This document shows positions 41,137-52,461 of a DNA stretch of 64,000 nucleotides, piece by piece. The position numbers and the translations under genes are program-made. The stretch is from assembly GCA_019358915.1 (NCBI GenBank), contig JAHHIM010000001.1, positions 128,001 through 192,000 on the forward strand, in the 5' to 3' direction. Source of the DNA: Trichormus sp. ATA11-4-KO1 (GTDB lineage: Bacteria > Cyanobacteriota > Cyanobacteriia > Cyanobacteriales > Nostocaceae). The stretch's first letter is position 1; the number at the start of each line of letters is the position of its first letter. The notes under the pieces were generated by a model, which made no database searches, was not told where the DNA came from, and was given only the letters and a program-made list of their open reading frames with translations.

Positions 41137-41931
41137 TTAGTTTTCTGGCTCTTCATCGTCAGACGACGATTCAGCGTACTCGCTTTCGTCGTAGTCTTCG
41201 TCATACTCAGCACCATCGTAATCTTCGTAATCTTCTTCTGTATCCAACTGACCGTGACGACCTTCATAAATTGCATCCGCCAATTTGCCAACTATTAACT
41301 TAATTGAGCGAATGGCATCATCATTAGCGGGGATGGGAATATCTACTACATCCGGGTCACAGTTTGTATCTAGCATAGATACTATCGGCAGTCCGAGTTT
41401 TTGGCATTCTTGAACTGCGTTATACTCCCGCCTTTGGTCTACAATTACTACCACATCGGGAACTTTGCGCATATTCTTAATACCACCAAGGTATTTTTGC
41501 AGCTTCGTCATCTCGCGACGCAACATGGAAGCTTCTTTTTTGGGCAATAAATCTAGTGCGCCATTTTCTTCCCGGCGTTCTAAATCTTTGAGGCGGTCGG
41601 CTCTGGTTTTGATGGTGGCCCAGTTGGTGAGCATTCCACCCAACCAACGCTGGTTAATGTAGTGAGAACCACAACGTGCTGCTTCTTGGGCTATAATTCC
41701 GGCGGCTTGGCGCTTGGTACCAACAAAGAGGAATTTTTTCCCCTGCTCAGACTGCGATCGCATATAGGCATAAGCATCTTCCATTAACTGGGCAGTCTGC
41801 ACCAAGTCGATGATGTGTACACCATTGCGGGAAGTATAAATGTAAGGAGACATTTTTGGGTTCCACCGCCGGGTTTGATGCCCAAAGTGAACCCCTGACT
41901 CCATCATTTGAGCCAATGAAACGACTGGCAT
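41137..41931 (-). CDS. rpsB: 30S ribosomal protein S2
   Basis: [26 protein letters not shown] before ATG 41931. Confidence 0.97.
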   Translation of the reverse strand: MPVVSLAQMMESGVHFGHQTRRWNPKMSPYIYTSRNGVHIIDLVQTAQLMEDAYAYMRSQSEQGKKFLFVGTKRQAAGIIAQEAARCGSHYINQRWLGGMLTNWATIKTRADRLKDLERREENGALDLLPKKEASMLRREMTKLQKYLGGIKNMRKVPDVVVIVDQRREYNAVQECQKLGLPIVSMLDTNCDPDVVDIPIPANDDAIRSIKLIVGKLADAIYEGRHGQLDTEEDYEDYDGAEYDEDYDESEYAESSSDDEEPEN

Positions 41932-42012
41932 ATATTTTTCTCCTATTCGGGTTAAACCTCCATCCAGTTGTATTTCCCTAAAAGGAAACACCCGAATTAC
42001 TGGATGTGCGAG
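41932..42012 (-). ncRNA. rpsB leader (t44-like S2 autoregulatory RNA)
   Basis: Minus strand CACATCCAG...CGGGTG...CTGGATGGAGGTTTAACCCG; extended -10 TGGTAAGCT upstream. Confidence 0.75.
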
Positions 42013-42097
42013 ATTAGACAACCCTTCTAGCTTACCATAGGAACTTGCTGATTTAAACCAAGACATTTCCTCAAGATAAATTTTCCCACGCCCTCAT

Positions 42098-43060
42098 CTA
42101 ATTACCTTTTGACAGCCCCGTTGCTTCTGCATAAGCTGCATAAACTCCCTGGACGTTGTACCAGTTGAGAAAAATTCGGGCAACTTCCAAAGCTAACTGG
42201 GGTTTACCTAAATTAATGAGCCATCGCAAGAAGGGAGCCATTGTTCGCTCATTCAGTGTGCCGTTGAGTGAGAGGATACCCCAAAGTAAGCGATGTAACC
42301 AAGTCATTTGAATCATCATTCGCACTTCCCAAGTGGAGTGCTTTTGATAAAATAAGACTCCCATACGTCCGCGTTGTATTTCTTGATCAATCAAGCGGGG
42401 TATTTGCTCTAAGTTAAATGGGGGATGCCAGTGATAGCCAACGGCGGCTGGACATTTGATGAGTTGTAGCCCCAGTTTTTTCAATCTGACACCTAATTCC
42501 AAGTCTTCCCAACCATAGAGTTGAAAGCTAGTGTCAAACAGTCCGGCCTTCTCTAGCCAATGTTTGGGGATGGCGACATTACCGGTGGCAAAAAAAGCAG
42601 CGGAAAAGTCTGTGAGTTTATAGGGTTCAGCCGTGGGGTGGTCGAAATTGCAAGTATTAATTACTGCACCGTAAGTGAAGAAGCGATCGCTTGCTAATTT
42701 CTCTCTTCCCTGGAGGAGCGCGTCTGCATGAGCTTGTAAGAAATTCTTCAGCACCACCAAATCACTATCAATAAAGATAATTGTGTCACCCAATGCCTTT
42801 TCTACCCCCAAATTGCGCGCCGCCGCCGGGCCTGCGTGGTCTTGTTGAAACCATCGGACGTGGGGAAATTCTTCTTTGTGTGCTGCTAACCAATCTAATG
42901 TGCGATCGCTAGAACCGTCATCAACCAACACAATCTCATAATCAGTAATTGAACTAGATGCACTTAACTCCTGTACCTCCAAAGCTCGGAGGCACTTTTC
43001 TAAAATCGGCTGGCGATTATAAGTCGGTATAACAACGCTGAAAAACACAGTCTCACCCAC
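42098..43060 (-). CDS. glycosyltransferase family 2
   Basis: VVIPTYNR, VDDGSSD, FIDSD and GWEDLELG motifs. Confidence 0.92.
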   Translation of the reverse strand: MGETVFFSVVIPTYNRQPILEKCLRALEVQELSASSSITDYEIVLVDDGSSDRTLDWLAAHKEEFPHVRWFQQDHAGPAAARNLGVEKALGDTIIFIDSDLVVLKNFLQAHADALLQGREKLASDRFFTYGAVINTCNFDHPTAEPYKLTDFSAAFFATGNVAIPKHWLEKAGLFDTSFQLYGWEDLELGVRLKKLGLQLIKCPAAVGYHWHPPFNLEQIPRLIDQEIQRGRMGVLFYQKHSTWEVRMMIQMTWLHRLLWGILSLNGTLNERTMAPFLRWLINLGKPQLALEVARIFLNWYNVQGVYAAYAEATGLSKGN

Positions 43061-43633
43061 AACAGATATTACCCATCTCCAGGATAGGACAGCAAGGAAC
43101 TAAACACTGTTCCTTCGTGATTCAAATGCTCAAGTATGATGTTAAAATCAATGTTTTCGTATCTGTAAATAGCCCTAATTTTATTATTAAATTTGTATAG
43201 TTTTATACATCTAGGTTATTTTTTTGTATTCTCAATCTCAAGGATGAAAAATCATGTTAAATATCATTATTTTTTTAATAAATCAAGTCTAATTTTAGCA
43301 GTTTTTATTACAACTTAATTAAAAATGCTCTATTAGCCTATTTCTAATAGAAACAATTCACATAAAATACTAATCACATAAAATACTAAAAATGTATGAA
43401 TTAATGTTCATGCATAAAAATATGATACTAAACAATTAATTTTAAATTGATAAAATATAGCAATAATTAAGATGCTATCATTAGCATTAGCCCCACACCA
43501 TAAAAGCTTGTAAAGCTTTTTGTATAAGCGTTAAAGTCTCTTTTTGGATTCATGATATCTCCCCATAATAGTAGTTATATCGTCATAGTAAAATATATAA
43601 TTTTTCTCAATTAAATTTGCTTGATAAATTGAA

Positions 43634-43677
43634 ATTAATCAATATATAACCTATTGTTAACAATTGTTACTTAAATT
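43634..43677 (+). promoter_or_regulatory. Pho box (SphR) and -10 for phoX copy 1
   Basis: ATTAATCA/TATAACCT/GTTAACAA at 11-bp period; TAAATT at 43672. Confidence 0.65.
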
Positions 43678-43889
43678 GAAACAGAAACAACAAAGCTTGG
43701 ATCAAGTAAACAAAATTGGTCAATCTTATTAGTTATTCACTACGAATGATTGACTGGAGAAGATATGAGACAATTCAACAAATATCTGAATAAATTGCGC
43801 AAATTTGTCGAATTTTTCTAATCTTTTCTGAATTTAAAAACTGAACTAAGTAGTAAATCTGTCAACATTCATTCAATTGAGTACTCAGA

Positions 43890-46049
43890 ATGAAAAGTCA
43901 CCTTCATCCCAAGAACGACATAACAATCAACCCATCCGGTAACGAATCAATTCGTGACGTGATTGAACGCGTCAGTATGAAGCGCAGACGTTTCATCATG
44001 ACAGCAGTAGGAGCCTCGGCGGTAACTGTATTAGGTGATGTCACTATTGGTGGCATACTCCAAACTGTTGCAGCATCTACTGTTCCAGCTGGACTGGGAT
44101 TTGCTGGTATTGGCTTCGAGAGCGTCGAACCAAATCTACTCAATCCAGCAACAGGAATACTAGAAAAGGATCTTGTTACTGTTCCTCAAGGCTACAAAGC
44201 CCAAGTATTAGTTGCTTGGGGCGATCCCATCATGCCTGGTGCGCCAAACTGGTCATCAGACGCTTCCCAAGATGCGGCGGCACAAGAAAAGCAGTTCGGG
44301 ATGAATGCTGATGGTATGCACTTCTTGCCTATACCGGGACGGAGTTATCACAGACGGACATCAGGATTACCAGTGCCAGTTGAAGGTCGCGCATTTAATA
44401 CTCGTGGGCTACTGTGCGTTAACCATGAGTTTACCCAAGAGCAGTTCCTCCACCCCGAAGGTCTGAACCCAGTCACAATTCAAAAAGTACGTAAATCTCA
44501 GGCTGCTAACGGCGTATCTATCCTAGAGATATCCAAAGACAGATTCGGTAATAACTGGAGTGTTAATCGCAATTCTCGTTTTGGTCGTCGGATCACTGGC
44601 AACACCGAAATGCGAGTAGCTGGGCCTGTGGCAGGTAGCGATTTTGTGAAGTCGAAGAAATTTGACATCACACCCGATGGCTCCTTTGAAATCGGGGTGA
44701 ACGACGGTTACACCGCTTACGGTACAGTTAACAACTGCGCTCACGGTGAAACTCCTTGGGGTACTTATTTAACCTGTGAAGAAAACTGGAATGGCTACTT
44801 CCAAAATGCTACCAGAACTGTAGTTTCAGTTCCTGGGGTAGAAGATGCCGACATTTTGCAAGGACAAAATCGTTACGGTATTCCCACATCAAGTCGCTTC
44901 GGTTGGGCAAGTGTTGATCCACGTTGGGATGCCAGCACTAACCCACTGGAACCACATTTATTTGGTTGGGTAGTAGAGATTGATCCATACGATCCTCAAA
45001 GCAAGCCAGTCAAACGTACTACCCTGGGTCGGTTCAAGCACGAAAGCGCTCAATTTGTGGTTGATGACAACAACCGTCTGGCTTTCTATATGGGTGACGA
45101 CGAGCGTAACGAGTATATCTACAAGTTTGTTTGTTCCAGACCCTTTAATCCCAACGTTCGGGGCGCTAACCGTGATTTACTGGATTACGGTACTTTGTAC
45201 GTTGCTAAGTTCAATGACAATGGTACTGGGGAATGGCTACCTTTGGTCTATGGTCAAGGTGGTCTGACACCAGAAAATGGTTTTAGAAGCCAAGCGGAAG
45301 TGCTGGTTAAAACCAGACAAGCTGCTGACAGAGTAGGCGCAACCATGATGGATCGTCCAGAGTGGACTGCTGTTCGCCCTCGCATCGGTGGATTCAATGA
45401 AATTGAAGTCTATTGTGCGTTAACCAACAACAATCGTCGTGGAACAGAACCAGAATCTGTAAATGAAGCAGATGGTTCCACCATAAGTGGAAGTTCACGT
45501 CCTCCTGTTGATCCTGCTAACCCACGTGAAGATAACCGCTACGGTCACATCATCCGTTGGCGTGAAACAGGACGTAGCGTGGCCGCTACCAGTTTCAACT
45601 GGGATATTTTTGTCGAGTGTGGCGATAAACAAGATCCTGATCCAAATCATGTTGGCAATATCAACGGTGATGACCTCAGTTCACCTGATGGCCTTTGGTT
45701 CGACGACTTTGGTCGCCTCTGGATTCAAACTGACCATGCTGGTACTGGTACTGGTGATGTCGTCAATATTGGTAGTAACACCATGTCATGTGCTAACCCC
45801 AATAATCCTAGAGAAATTAAACGCTTCCTCACCAGTCCAACAGACTGTGAGGTAACCGGTGTGATCACTACACCAGATGGTAGAGCGATGTTCATTAATA
45901 TCCAGCACCCAGGTTCTCGTGGAAGTACTGAGAATCCTACTAGCAGAAGCAACTGGCCACACAGCCAAGGTTATGGCCCTGCTGGTCGTCCACGTTCTGC
46001 AACGGTGGTAATTACCCGTGATAACGGTGGCATTATTGGCGCTATCTAA
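43890..46049 (+). CDS. phoX: PhoX-family (Ca/Fe) alkaline phosphatase, Tat-exported, copy 1
   Basis: KRRRFI Tat motif; NHE, NNCA, TPWGTYLTCEEN, GRFKHE, MDRPE, SPDGL, CEVTG, NIQHPG. Confidence 0.93.
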   Translation: MKSHLHPKNDITINPSGNESIRDVIERVSMKRRRFIMTAVGASAVTVLGDVTIGGILQTVAASTVPAGLGFAGIGFESVEPNLLNPATGILEKDLVTVPQGYKAQVLVAWGDPIMPGAPNWSSDASQDAAAQEKQFGMNADGMHFLPIPGRSYHRRTSGLPVPVEGRAFNTRGLLCVNHEFTQEQFLHPEGLNPVTIQKVRKSQAANGVSILEISKDRFGNNWSVNRNSRFGRRITGNTEMRVAGPVAGSDFVKSKKFDITPDGSFEIGVNDGYTAYGTVNNCAHGETPWGTYLTCEENWNGYFQNATRTVVSVPGVEDADILQGQNRYGIPTSSRFGWASVDPRWDASTNPLEPHLFGWVVEIDPYDPQSKPVKRTTLGRFKHESAQFVVDDNNRLAFYMGDDERNEYIYKFVCSRPFNPNVRGANRDLLDYGTLYVAKFNDNGTGEWLPLVYGQGGLTPENGFRSQAEVLVKTRQAADRVGATMMDRPEWTAVRPRIGGFNEIEVYCALTNNNRRGTEPESVNEADGSTISGSSRPPVDPANPREDNRYGHIIRWRETGRSVAATSFNWDIFVECGDKQDPDPNHVGNINGDDLSSPDGLWFDDFGRLWIQTDHAGTGTGDVVNIGSNTMSCANPNNPREIKRFLTSPTDCEVTGVITTPDGRAMFINIQHPGSRGSTENPTSRSNWPHSQGYGPAGRPRSATVVITRDNGGIIGAI

Positions 46050-46213
46050 ACACAGTTATCAATAAAAGCTTATTAGTTTAGCGCACCTCAATTACTACAA
46101 GGTTAATAACAGCTAATCACTTGCTTATTTGCCTATATTTAAGGTCAAAAAAGCAAGTGATTTATTAGCAAAATTAATCCTATAGCAATACATAAATTTA
46201 TGAATTAATTTAT

Positions 46214-46322
46214 GTTAATCGCTACATAACCTAACGTTAATACTACTTATCTAAATTGAGTTCGCCATGATAATTTTTGTACTTTTACCAGTATTTGGAC
46301 GAGCTTAACCTGTTATTAACCA
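46214..46322 (+). promoter_or_regulatory. Pho boxes for phoX copy 2
   Basis: GTTAATCG/CATAACCT/GTTAATAC at 11-bp period with TAAATT at 46252. A second pair CTTAACCT-GTT-ATTAACCA lies at 46304-46322. Confidence 0.7.
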
Positions 46323-46435
46323 CGGGTTATTATCCCTGAAAAACTGGCAAATAATTAAGTTTTTTATTTACCAAGTTACTCATCGCAATTGATAACCGAA
46401 CAGCAAATTTCTCAACCTTAAATGGAGAACCGAGA

Positions 46436-48601
46436 ATGAAAGGTCTTTCTCACCCTAAGAATAATGTAACGCTTAACCCATCAAGTAACGAGTCAATCCG
46501 TGACGTGATCGGGCGTGTGAGTATGAAGCGTAGACGCTTCATCATGACGGCTGTAGGTGCTTCAGCGCTAACCGTATTAGGTGATGTTACCATCGGTGGC
46601 TTGCTGCAAACTGTTGCGGCTTCTCCAGTTCCCCCTGGACTTGGATTTGCTGGCATTGGCTTTAAGAGCATCCCACCAAATCTGTTGAACCCAGCTACGG
46701 GACTCCTAGAAAAAGACCTAGTTAGTGTTCCTGAAGGTTACAAAGCAGAAGTCATCCTGGCTTGGGGTGACCCCATCATGCCCGGTGCGCCAAACTGGTC
46801 ACCGGATGCTACCCAAGATGCCGCAGCCCAAGAAAAGCAAGCTGGGATGCACCATGATGGAATGCACTTCTTCCCACTACCAGGGCGGCAGTTTTTAAGC
46901 CGTCCATTAGCTTCAGCATCTGCTTATCAAGGGCAGACATATCGTCGGGGGCTACTGTGCGTTAACCATGAATACACTCATGAAGAAATCCTTCATGGGT
47001 CTGAGGGTTTAACCCCAGTAACGATTCAAAAAGTACGTAAATCTCAAGCTGCCCACGGTGTATCGATTGCAGAAATAGCTAGGGCGAGATTTGGCAATAG
47101 CTGGAGTGTAGATCGCAATTCCCGTTATGGTCGCCGCATCACAGGTAATACAGAGATGCGAGTTGCTGGGCCTGTTGCTGGTAGTGCCTTTGTGAAGTCG
47201 AAGAAGTTTGACATTACACCCAACGGCTCAATTGAAATTGGTGTAAACGACGGCTACACCGCTTACGGTACGCTTAACAACTGCGCCCACGGCGTAACTC
47301 CTTGGGGTACTTACCTTACCTGTGAAGAAAACTGGAACGGCTACTTTGGCAAAAACAATCCTTCAGAAGGTGTAGCCTCGGTTCCAGGGGTTGAAGAAGC
47401 CGATATTGTAGCATTACAGAATCGCTACGGTATAACCAGCACAGGTTTTAACTATCGTTGGCATGAAGCTGACCCACGCTTTGATGCTAACACCAACCCT
47501 CTGGAGCCGCATTTGTTCGGTTGGGTGGTTGAGATTGATCCCTACAATCCTCAAAGCAAACCAGTCAAACGCACGACTATGGGTCGGTTTAAGCATGAAA
47601 GCGCACAATTTGTTGTGGATGATAACAATCGTTTAGCTTTCTATATGGGTGACGACGAACGTAACGAGTATATCTACAAGTTCGTTTGCTCCAGATCCTT
47701 CAATCCCAAGATTCGTGGTGCTAACCGTGACTTGTTGGATGACGGTATTTTGTACGTTGCTAAGTTCAGCGACAACGGGACTGGTGAGTGGATTCCCCTA
47801 GTTTATGGTCAGCGTGGTTTGACACCAGAAAACGGTTTCAGCAGCCAAGCTGAAGTTTTGGTCAAAACTAGAATGGCTGCTGATAGAGTAGGCGCAACCA
47901 TGATGGATCGTCCCGAATGGACTGCTGTGCGTCCTCGGATTGGTGGATTCAAGGAAATAGAGGTCTACTGTACGTTGACAAACAACAATCGTCGCGGAAC
48001 GGGGGAAACCTCTGTGAATCAGCCAGATGGCTCAACACGTTCTGGTAGTGCGCGTCCTCCTGTGGATGCGGCTAACCCACGTCCTGATAACCGTTATGGT
48101 CACATCATCCGTTGGCGAGAAGATGGACAAAGAGTTACAGCTACTACTTTCACATGGGATATTTTTGTTGAGTGCGGTGATAGTCAGAGAACTGAACCAA
48201 ATCTTGTGGGTAACATTAATGGTGACGACCTCAGTTCACCAGATGGTCTCTGGTTTGACGACTTCGGCCGCCTCTGGATTCAGACCGACCACTCGGGCAA
48301 TGGTCTTGGTGATTTGGTAAACATCGGTAGCAACACCATGTCGTGTGCGAACCCCAATGATCCCAGAGAAGTGAAGCGCTTTTTAACTAGTCCCACTAAC
48401 TGTGAAGTAACGGGTGTCATCACCACACCAGATGGTAGAACGATGTTTATCAACATTCAGCACCCAGGCGAAGGTGCGCCCGCCTCAAACCCCACCCAAT
48501 CCAGCAACTGGCCAAGCACTCAAGGCTATGGCCCATCTGGTCGCCCACGTTCTGCAACAGTTGTGATCACCCGCAATGATGGTGGCATTATTGGTGCTTA
48601 A
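46436..48601 (+). CDS. phoX: PhoX-family alkaline phosphatase, Tat-exported, copy 2
   Basis: Same motifs as copy 1; MHHDGMHF; RBS GGAG. Confidence 0.93.
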   Translation: MKGLSHPKNNVTLNPSSNESIRDVIGRVSMKRRRFIMTAVGASALTVLGDVTIGGLLQTVAASPVPPGLGFAGIGFKSIPPNLLNPATGLLEKDLVSVPEGYKAEVILAWGDPIMPGAPNWSPDATQDAAAQEKQAGMHHDGMHFFPLPGRQFLSRPLASASAYQGQTYRRGLLCVNHEYTHEEILHGSEGLTPVTIQKVRKSQAAHGVSIAEIARARFGNSWSVDRNSRYGRRITGNTEMRVAGPVAGSAFVKSKKFDITPNGSIEIGVNDGYTAYGTLNNCAHGVTPWGTYLTCEENWNGYFGKNNPSEGVASVPGVEEADIVALQNRYGITSTGFNYRWHEADPRFDANTNPLEPHLFGWVVEIDPYNPQSKPVKRTTMGRFKHESAQFVVDDNNRLAFYMGDDERNEYIYKFVCSRSFNPKIRGANRDLLDDGILYVAKFSDNGTGEWIPLVYGQRGLTPENGFSSQAEVLVKTRMAADRVGATMMDRPEWTAVRPRIGGFKEIEVYCTLTNNNRRGTGETSVNQPDGSTRSGSARPPVDAANPRPDNRYGHIIRWREDGQRVTATTFTWDIFVECGDSQRTEPNLVGNINGDDLSSPDGLWFDDFGRLWIQTDHSGNGLGDLVNIGSNTMSCANPNDPREVKRFLTSPTNCEVTGVITTPDGRTMFINIQHPGEGAPASNPTQSSNWPSTQGYGPSGRPRSATVVITRNDGGIIGA

Positions 48602-48651
48602 ATCCTCACCATTATCTGTGTTGAAAGTCAATAATTAAGGCGATTTATTTC

Positions 48652-48690
48652 AGATCCCCTACTTCTTGAAGAAGTAGGGGATCTTTTTAT
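48652..48690 (+). terminator. REP-like hairpin terminator
   Basis: AGATCCCCTACTTCTT-G-AAGAAGTAGGGGATCT followed by a T-tract. Confidence 0.75.
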
Positions 48691-48996
48691 TCGTGTTGGA
48701 AGTTTTTTCTGTATCTTATTCTGTATTTTACCTTTTCTTAAATTAACTAGAAAGCGTTTCATAATACTGTTATATGTGTTCTAATGTTCAACCATTCCCA
48801 TATTGAAACTCACTTATCTCCATAAAAGTTCTTGAGTCAGTTTCTCAAAATTATGGGATAGAAAATCTAACCCATCGCTGCATCAAAGATATTCTTTGAT
48901 GGGCAATATTTCCATACTCTATGGAAAAATTCAGCTTGCCGTAAATTATTGTGTTGGTGAGTACTTTTTAAGCTGCTACTAATAAGGTTTTGGATA

Positions 48997-49977
48997 ATGC
49001 TTTCACTACAATGGTGTAAATGTGGCTGTGCAGATGATTCTCAAAAAATGCTGCAAAGTCAGCAAAAAACCAAGATTTTATGGTTAACAACAAGCTTACT
49101 GACTTGTTTCTTTGTCGCTGAATGGGGCGTAGGTCTGTGGAGCCAAAGTTTATCTTTACAGGCGGATGCGGGACACATGTTTGCCGATATTACAGCTTTG
49201 GTAATATCACTATTTGCTAGTTACTTAGCACAGCAACCAGCAAAAGGTAAGGCAACATTTGGGCATCAGCGAATTGAAGTTTTAGCAGCTTTGTTAAATG
49301 GATTGAGTTTACTAGCGATCGCCACTTTTATCACCTACGAAGCCATCCAACGCTGGCAACATCCAGGGACAATTTTAGGCTTACCAATGTTGCTAGTGGC
49401 AATTACTGGTTTAATTGTCAATTTGCTGAACATTAGTCTATTGCATCCCCATTCTCACAATGATTTAAATTTGCAGGGAGCCTTGTTACATATTATCGCT
49501 GATACTGCTAGTTCGGTGGGTGTAATTATTGCAGCTGTGATGATTCATCTATGGAATTGGTGGTGGGCTGATGTCGCCATTAGTTTAGTAGTGGCAACTT
49601 TTACAGGTGTGAGTGCATTACCTTTAGTCCAAGAAAGTATCAAGATTTTTTTGGAATATGCACCCAAATCAATTGACCCCGTGGAAGTAGAAAAATTAAT
49701 TAAATCTTTTCCCGGAGTTGTACAAGTAGAAAAACTGCATATCTGGACAATTAGCACCAATAAAGTCATGCTTTGTGCCAATTTGACTGTGGAATGTGCC
49801 ACCAATCAGGAACGCGATCGCCTACTTCATAAATTGCAAACTCACCTCCAAGAAACCTTTAGGATTACCGAAATAACTTTGCAATTAGCCAGTCCGCAAA
49901 AACCTGGCAAAATCTCTCTGCATACGTTGTTTAACCAAGATTTATCTCTGATGTTAGCTGTCAATAAATCAAAGTAA
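48997..49977 (+). CDS. cation diffusion facilitator (CzcD/ZitB-like)
   Basis: ADAGHMFAD, TFGHQRIEVLAA, LHIIADTASS and LHIW motifs; six TM segments. Confidence 0.92.
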   Translation: MLSLQWCKCGCADDSQKMLQSQQKTKILWLTTSLLTCFFVAEWGVGLWSQSLSLQADAGHMFADITALVISLFASYLAQQPAKGKATFGHQRIEVLAALLNGLSLLAIATFITYEAIQRWQHPGTILGLPMLLVAITGLIVNLLNISLLHPHSHNDLNLQGALLHIIADTASSVGVIIAAVMIHLWNWWWADVAISLVVATFTGVSALPLVQESIKIFLEYAPKSIDPVEVEKLIKSFPGVVQVEKLHIWTISTNKVMLCANLTVECATNQERDRLLHKLQTHLQETFRITEITLQLASPQKPGKISLHTLFNQDLSLMLAVNKSK

Positions 49978-49985
49978 ATATCAAC

Positions 49986-50082
49986 AGGACTTACGCACAG
50001 GTAATGGGAAAACGTTCGCATAGCGTCTCGAAGAGAAGTACACGAAGAAATAAGAGTTTGAGAGAGTTTTTGCGTAGGTCCT
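49986..50082. mobile_element. MITE with nested short dispersed repeat
   Basis: TIRs AGGACTTACGCA / TGCGTAGGTCCT. Insert CGTTCGCATAGCGTCTCGAAGAGAAG (50013-50038) is related to 55161-55183. Confidence 0.7.
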
Positions 50083-50196
50083 AATCAATTTTAAATTCAA
50101 ATTTACACATAATGCTTATTGGCTTTTTTAAATAGTCAAAGCATAACATCACCAATTTATCAATTGGTTGCTACTTACTACGAGGTCTCTTAATCG

Positions 50197-52308
50197 ATGA
50201 AAGATATTTCCGGATTCGGGTCTGTTTGGACTCGATGGCAAACAGCAGGGGTAGTACTGCTACTAGTGTTACTCTGCTGGCTGGTGACTACAGTCCCGGC
50301 TCGTTCCCAGTCCTTGGGGGGCGCAGAGGTGAGAATTTGGCCGACCAATAATTCCACTCTACTGGTAGACCAACGTTTTGATTTACGGGTAGAAAGTTTA
50401 TTCCCGGCTGAATCTGGTCAGGAGCCTTCCTTGACTTCTATTAGAATTAATGGAGTAGACTTCACCAATTCTTTTAGAGAAGGTATCAACCAACAGCTGC
50501 AATTGCCTGGTGGTGAACTGGAAGTTGGTAAGCCATTCGAGTCAACACTCTTTGGTCAGACACTGCGGAACTACTCATTTGATAGCCCCGGTGTTTACGA
50601 CGTAGAGGCCAGGGTAAATATTGATGGTAAAGACTTTGTTGCCCGTAACACTTACAAAGTGCAACGGTTTCAAACCTCCGGCAACCTCAATCGGATTATT
50701 TTCTATGTCGGTGATGGTATGGGGGTTCCTGTGCGGACTGCTGCACGCATCATGGAGTATGGCGTGCGTGATGGTCAGCCTGGTGGTCGCCTGCAAATTG
50801 AGCAGATGCCAGAACTGGGCTTAATGTCTACCCATTCTTTGAATAGCATTATTCCCGATTCTGCTAACACTGCTGCTGCTTGGGCTTCGGGAACTAAAAC
50901 CATCAATAATGCAATGAACGCCTTCCCAGATAATACACCAGGGAATCCTTTCGATAATCCCCGCATTGAAACCCTGCCGCAGTACATGAAGCGGAAGTAC
51001 AACTGGGGAATTGGCTTAGTTACCACTGCGTTTACTACCGATGCGACACCAGCAGCTTTTGGTACTAACATTATCGCTCGTGGGCAGAATCCAGCGATCG
51101 CTCAAACATATTTGGACTTTTTTAATGATGAGTATACCCTACCAGCCACTGGTTACCAAAGTTGGCAAGAACTAGCCCAACCAGTCGATGTGATTTTAGG
51201 GCCTGGCGCACGGAACTACGTACCCCAAGGACGGATTGCTGAATTTAGAGATACTGCATCTCGTCCAGATGGTCAAGACCTAAGCGAGGTGGCAAAAGGT
51301 TTAGGCTACACCATTGTCAAAGACTTAAGCGAGCTGAATAGCGCTCCTAACAACCGTCCTATTTTAGGGTTATTTTTGGGAGATTTCCGTCAGGGTTCGG
51401 CTTTAGGAGCTTCCAACACTCCGTCTGAACTTGACCTATTAATTGCTAGAGGTCAGGCCACAATTGAAGGACGTGGCGCTAATGAACTCGATCCCCCTAT
51501 CCCACCTGAATTTGTTAACATTCCGACGCTAGCAGAAATGCATCAGAAGGCCATTGCCGTTTTAGATCAATTGCATCCCAATGGCTGGATTATGCTCGTA
51601 GAATCTTCTCAAATTGATAAACTTGCCCATCCCCTTGATACTGACCGCACGCTATACGAAGTTTTGGCACTTGATGAAGCCGTGGGACGCGGACGCGAAT
51701 ATGCTAGACGTTCAGGTAACACACTGTTAGTTGTGACTTCTGACCATGCCCAAGGTCAAACTGTTGGTGGTACCGTAGATAGCGTTGGTATCCGTGAAGG
51801 TCGGGTTGACCTCAGAGATGCTATGCGTTCCTTCGGTGGTGCTGGCTTTACTAACTACGTTGATGCCGATCGCAACGGCTTCCCCGATGATGCAACTCCG
51901 TCCAGTAAATTAGCCATTGGTGTTTCTGCTCGTCCAGTTTTCCGCACTGATTTCTTGACTGACGACCTGAACAGAGCACCAGCCATAGGAAACGATGGTA
52001 CTCAAGTCAATCCTCTACGCGATCCCAATGGACTACTGTTAACTGCTGACTTGCAGCGTTCCACCACAGTTGCTAACCATACTGCTGATGACGTAGCGAT
52101 CGCCACGGAAGGGCCAGGTAGCACATTATTTAATAGTGCGATTGACAACATTGAAATTTTTCAGCGTATGGCGGCGGCGATTTCTGGCGTTCGCGATCGC
52201 AATAATTTAGCTGAGTTATTCAGCGATACCAGACCAACACCACCAGTTCGTCCCGTGCGTCCGGTTCGTCCTGAGCCTCCAGTTCGTCCCGTGCGTCCGG
52301 TTCGTTAA
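50197..52308 (+). CDS. phoA: PhoA-type (Zn/Mg) alkaline phosphatase with extra N-terminal domain and PVR-repeat tail
   Basis: Signal peptide; GDGMG, PDSA (catalytic Ser), ATPAAF, ESSQIDKLAH, TSDH, NHT. Confidence 0.9.
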   Translation: MKDISGFGSVWTRWQTAGVVLLLVLLCWLVTTVPARSQSLGGAEVRIWPTNNSTLLVDQRFDLRVESLFPAESGQEPSLTSIRINGVDFTNSFREGINQQLQLPGGELEVGKPFESTLFGQTLRNYSFDSPGVYDVEARVNIDGKDFVARNTYKVQRFQTSGNLNRIIFYVGDGMGVPVRTAARIMEYGVRDGQPGGRLQIEQMPELGLMSTHSLNSIIPDSANTAAAWASGTKTINNAMNAFPDNTPGNPFDNPRIETLPQYMKRKYNWGIGLVTTAFTTDATPAAFGTNIIARGQNPAIAQTYLDFFNDEYTLPATGYQSWQELAQPVDVILGPGARNYVPQGRIAEFRDTASRPDGQDLSEVAKGLGYTIVKDLSELNSAPNNRPILGLFLGDFRQGSALGASNTPSELDLLIARGQATIEGRGANELDPPIPPEFVNIPTLAEMHQKAIAVLDQLHPNGWIMLVESSQIDKLAHPLDTDRTLYEVLALDEAVGRGREYARRSGNTLLVVTSDHAQGQTVGGTVDSVGIREGRVDLRDAMRSFGGAGFTNYVDADRNGFPDDATPSSKLAIGVSARPVFRTDFLTDDLNRAPAIGNDGTQVNPLRDPNGLLLTADLQRSTTVANHTADDVAIATEGPGSTLFNSAIDNIEIFQRMAAAISGVRDRNNLAELFSDTRPTPPVRPVRPVRPEPPVRPVRPVR

Positions 52309-52461
52309 TCTCAAAATAATTCGTAATTGATAACTCATAATTGCCAGCAGTGGATTTAAGCTCCTACTGATTGAAGATTACTGAAACTTTAATTCAGTAA
52401 GGGTTTGTACCCATTTTTGTAATTACGAATTACGAATTAGTAATTATTCACTAGTTAGTAG

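Noticed and set aside
40737..41298. ORFs 40737-41051 (-) and 40948-41298 (+)
   Set aside because: They overlap tsf and rpsB and run through repeat-derived intergenic DNA; no protein-like features.
41932..42066. N-terminal extension of RpsB in the ORF track
   Set aside because: Covers the promoter and leader RNA; the RBS-supported start is 41931.
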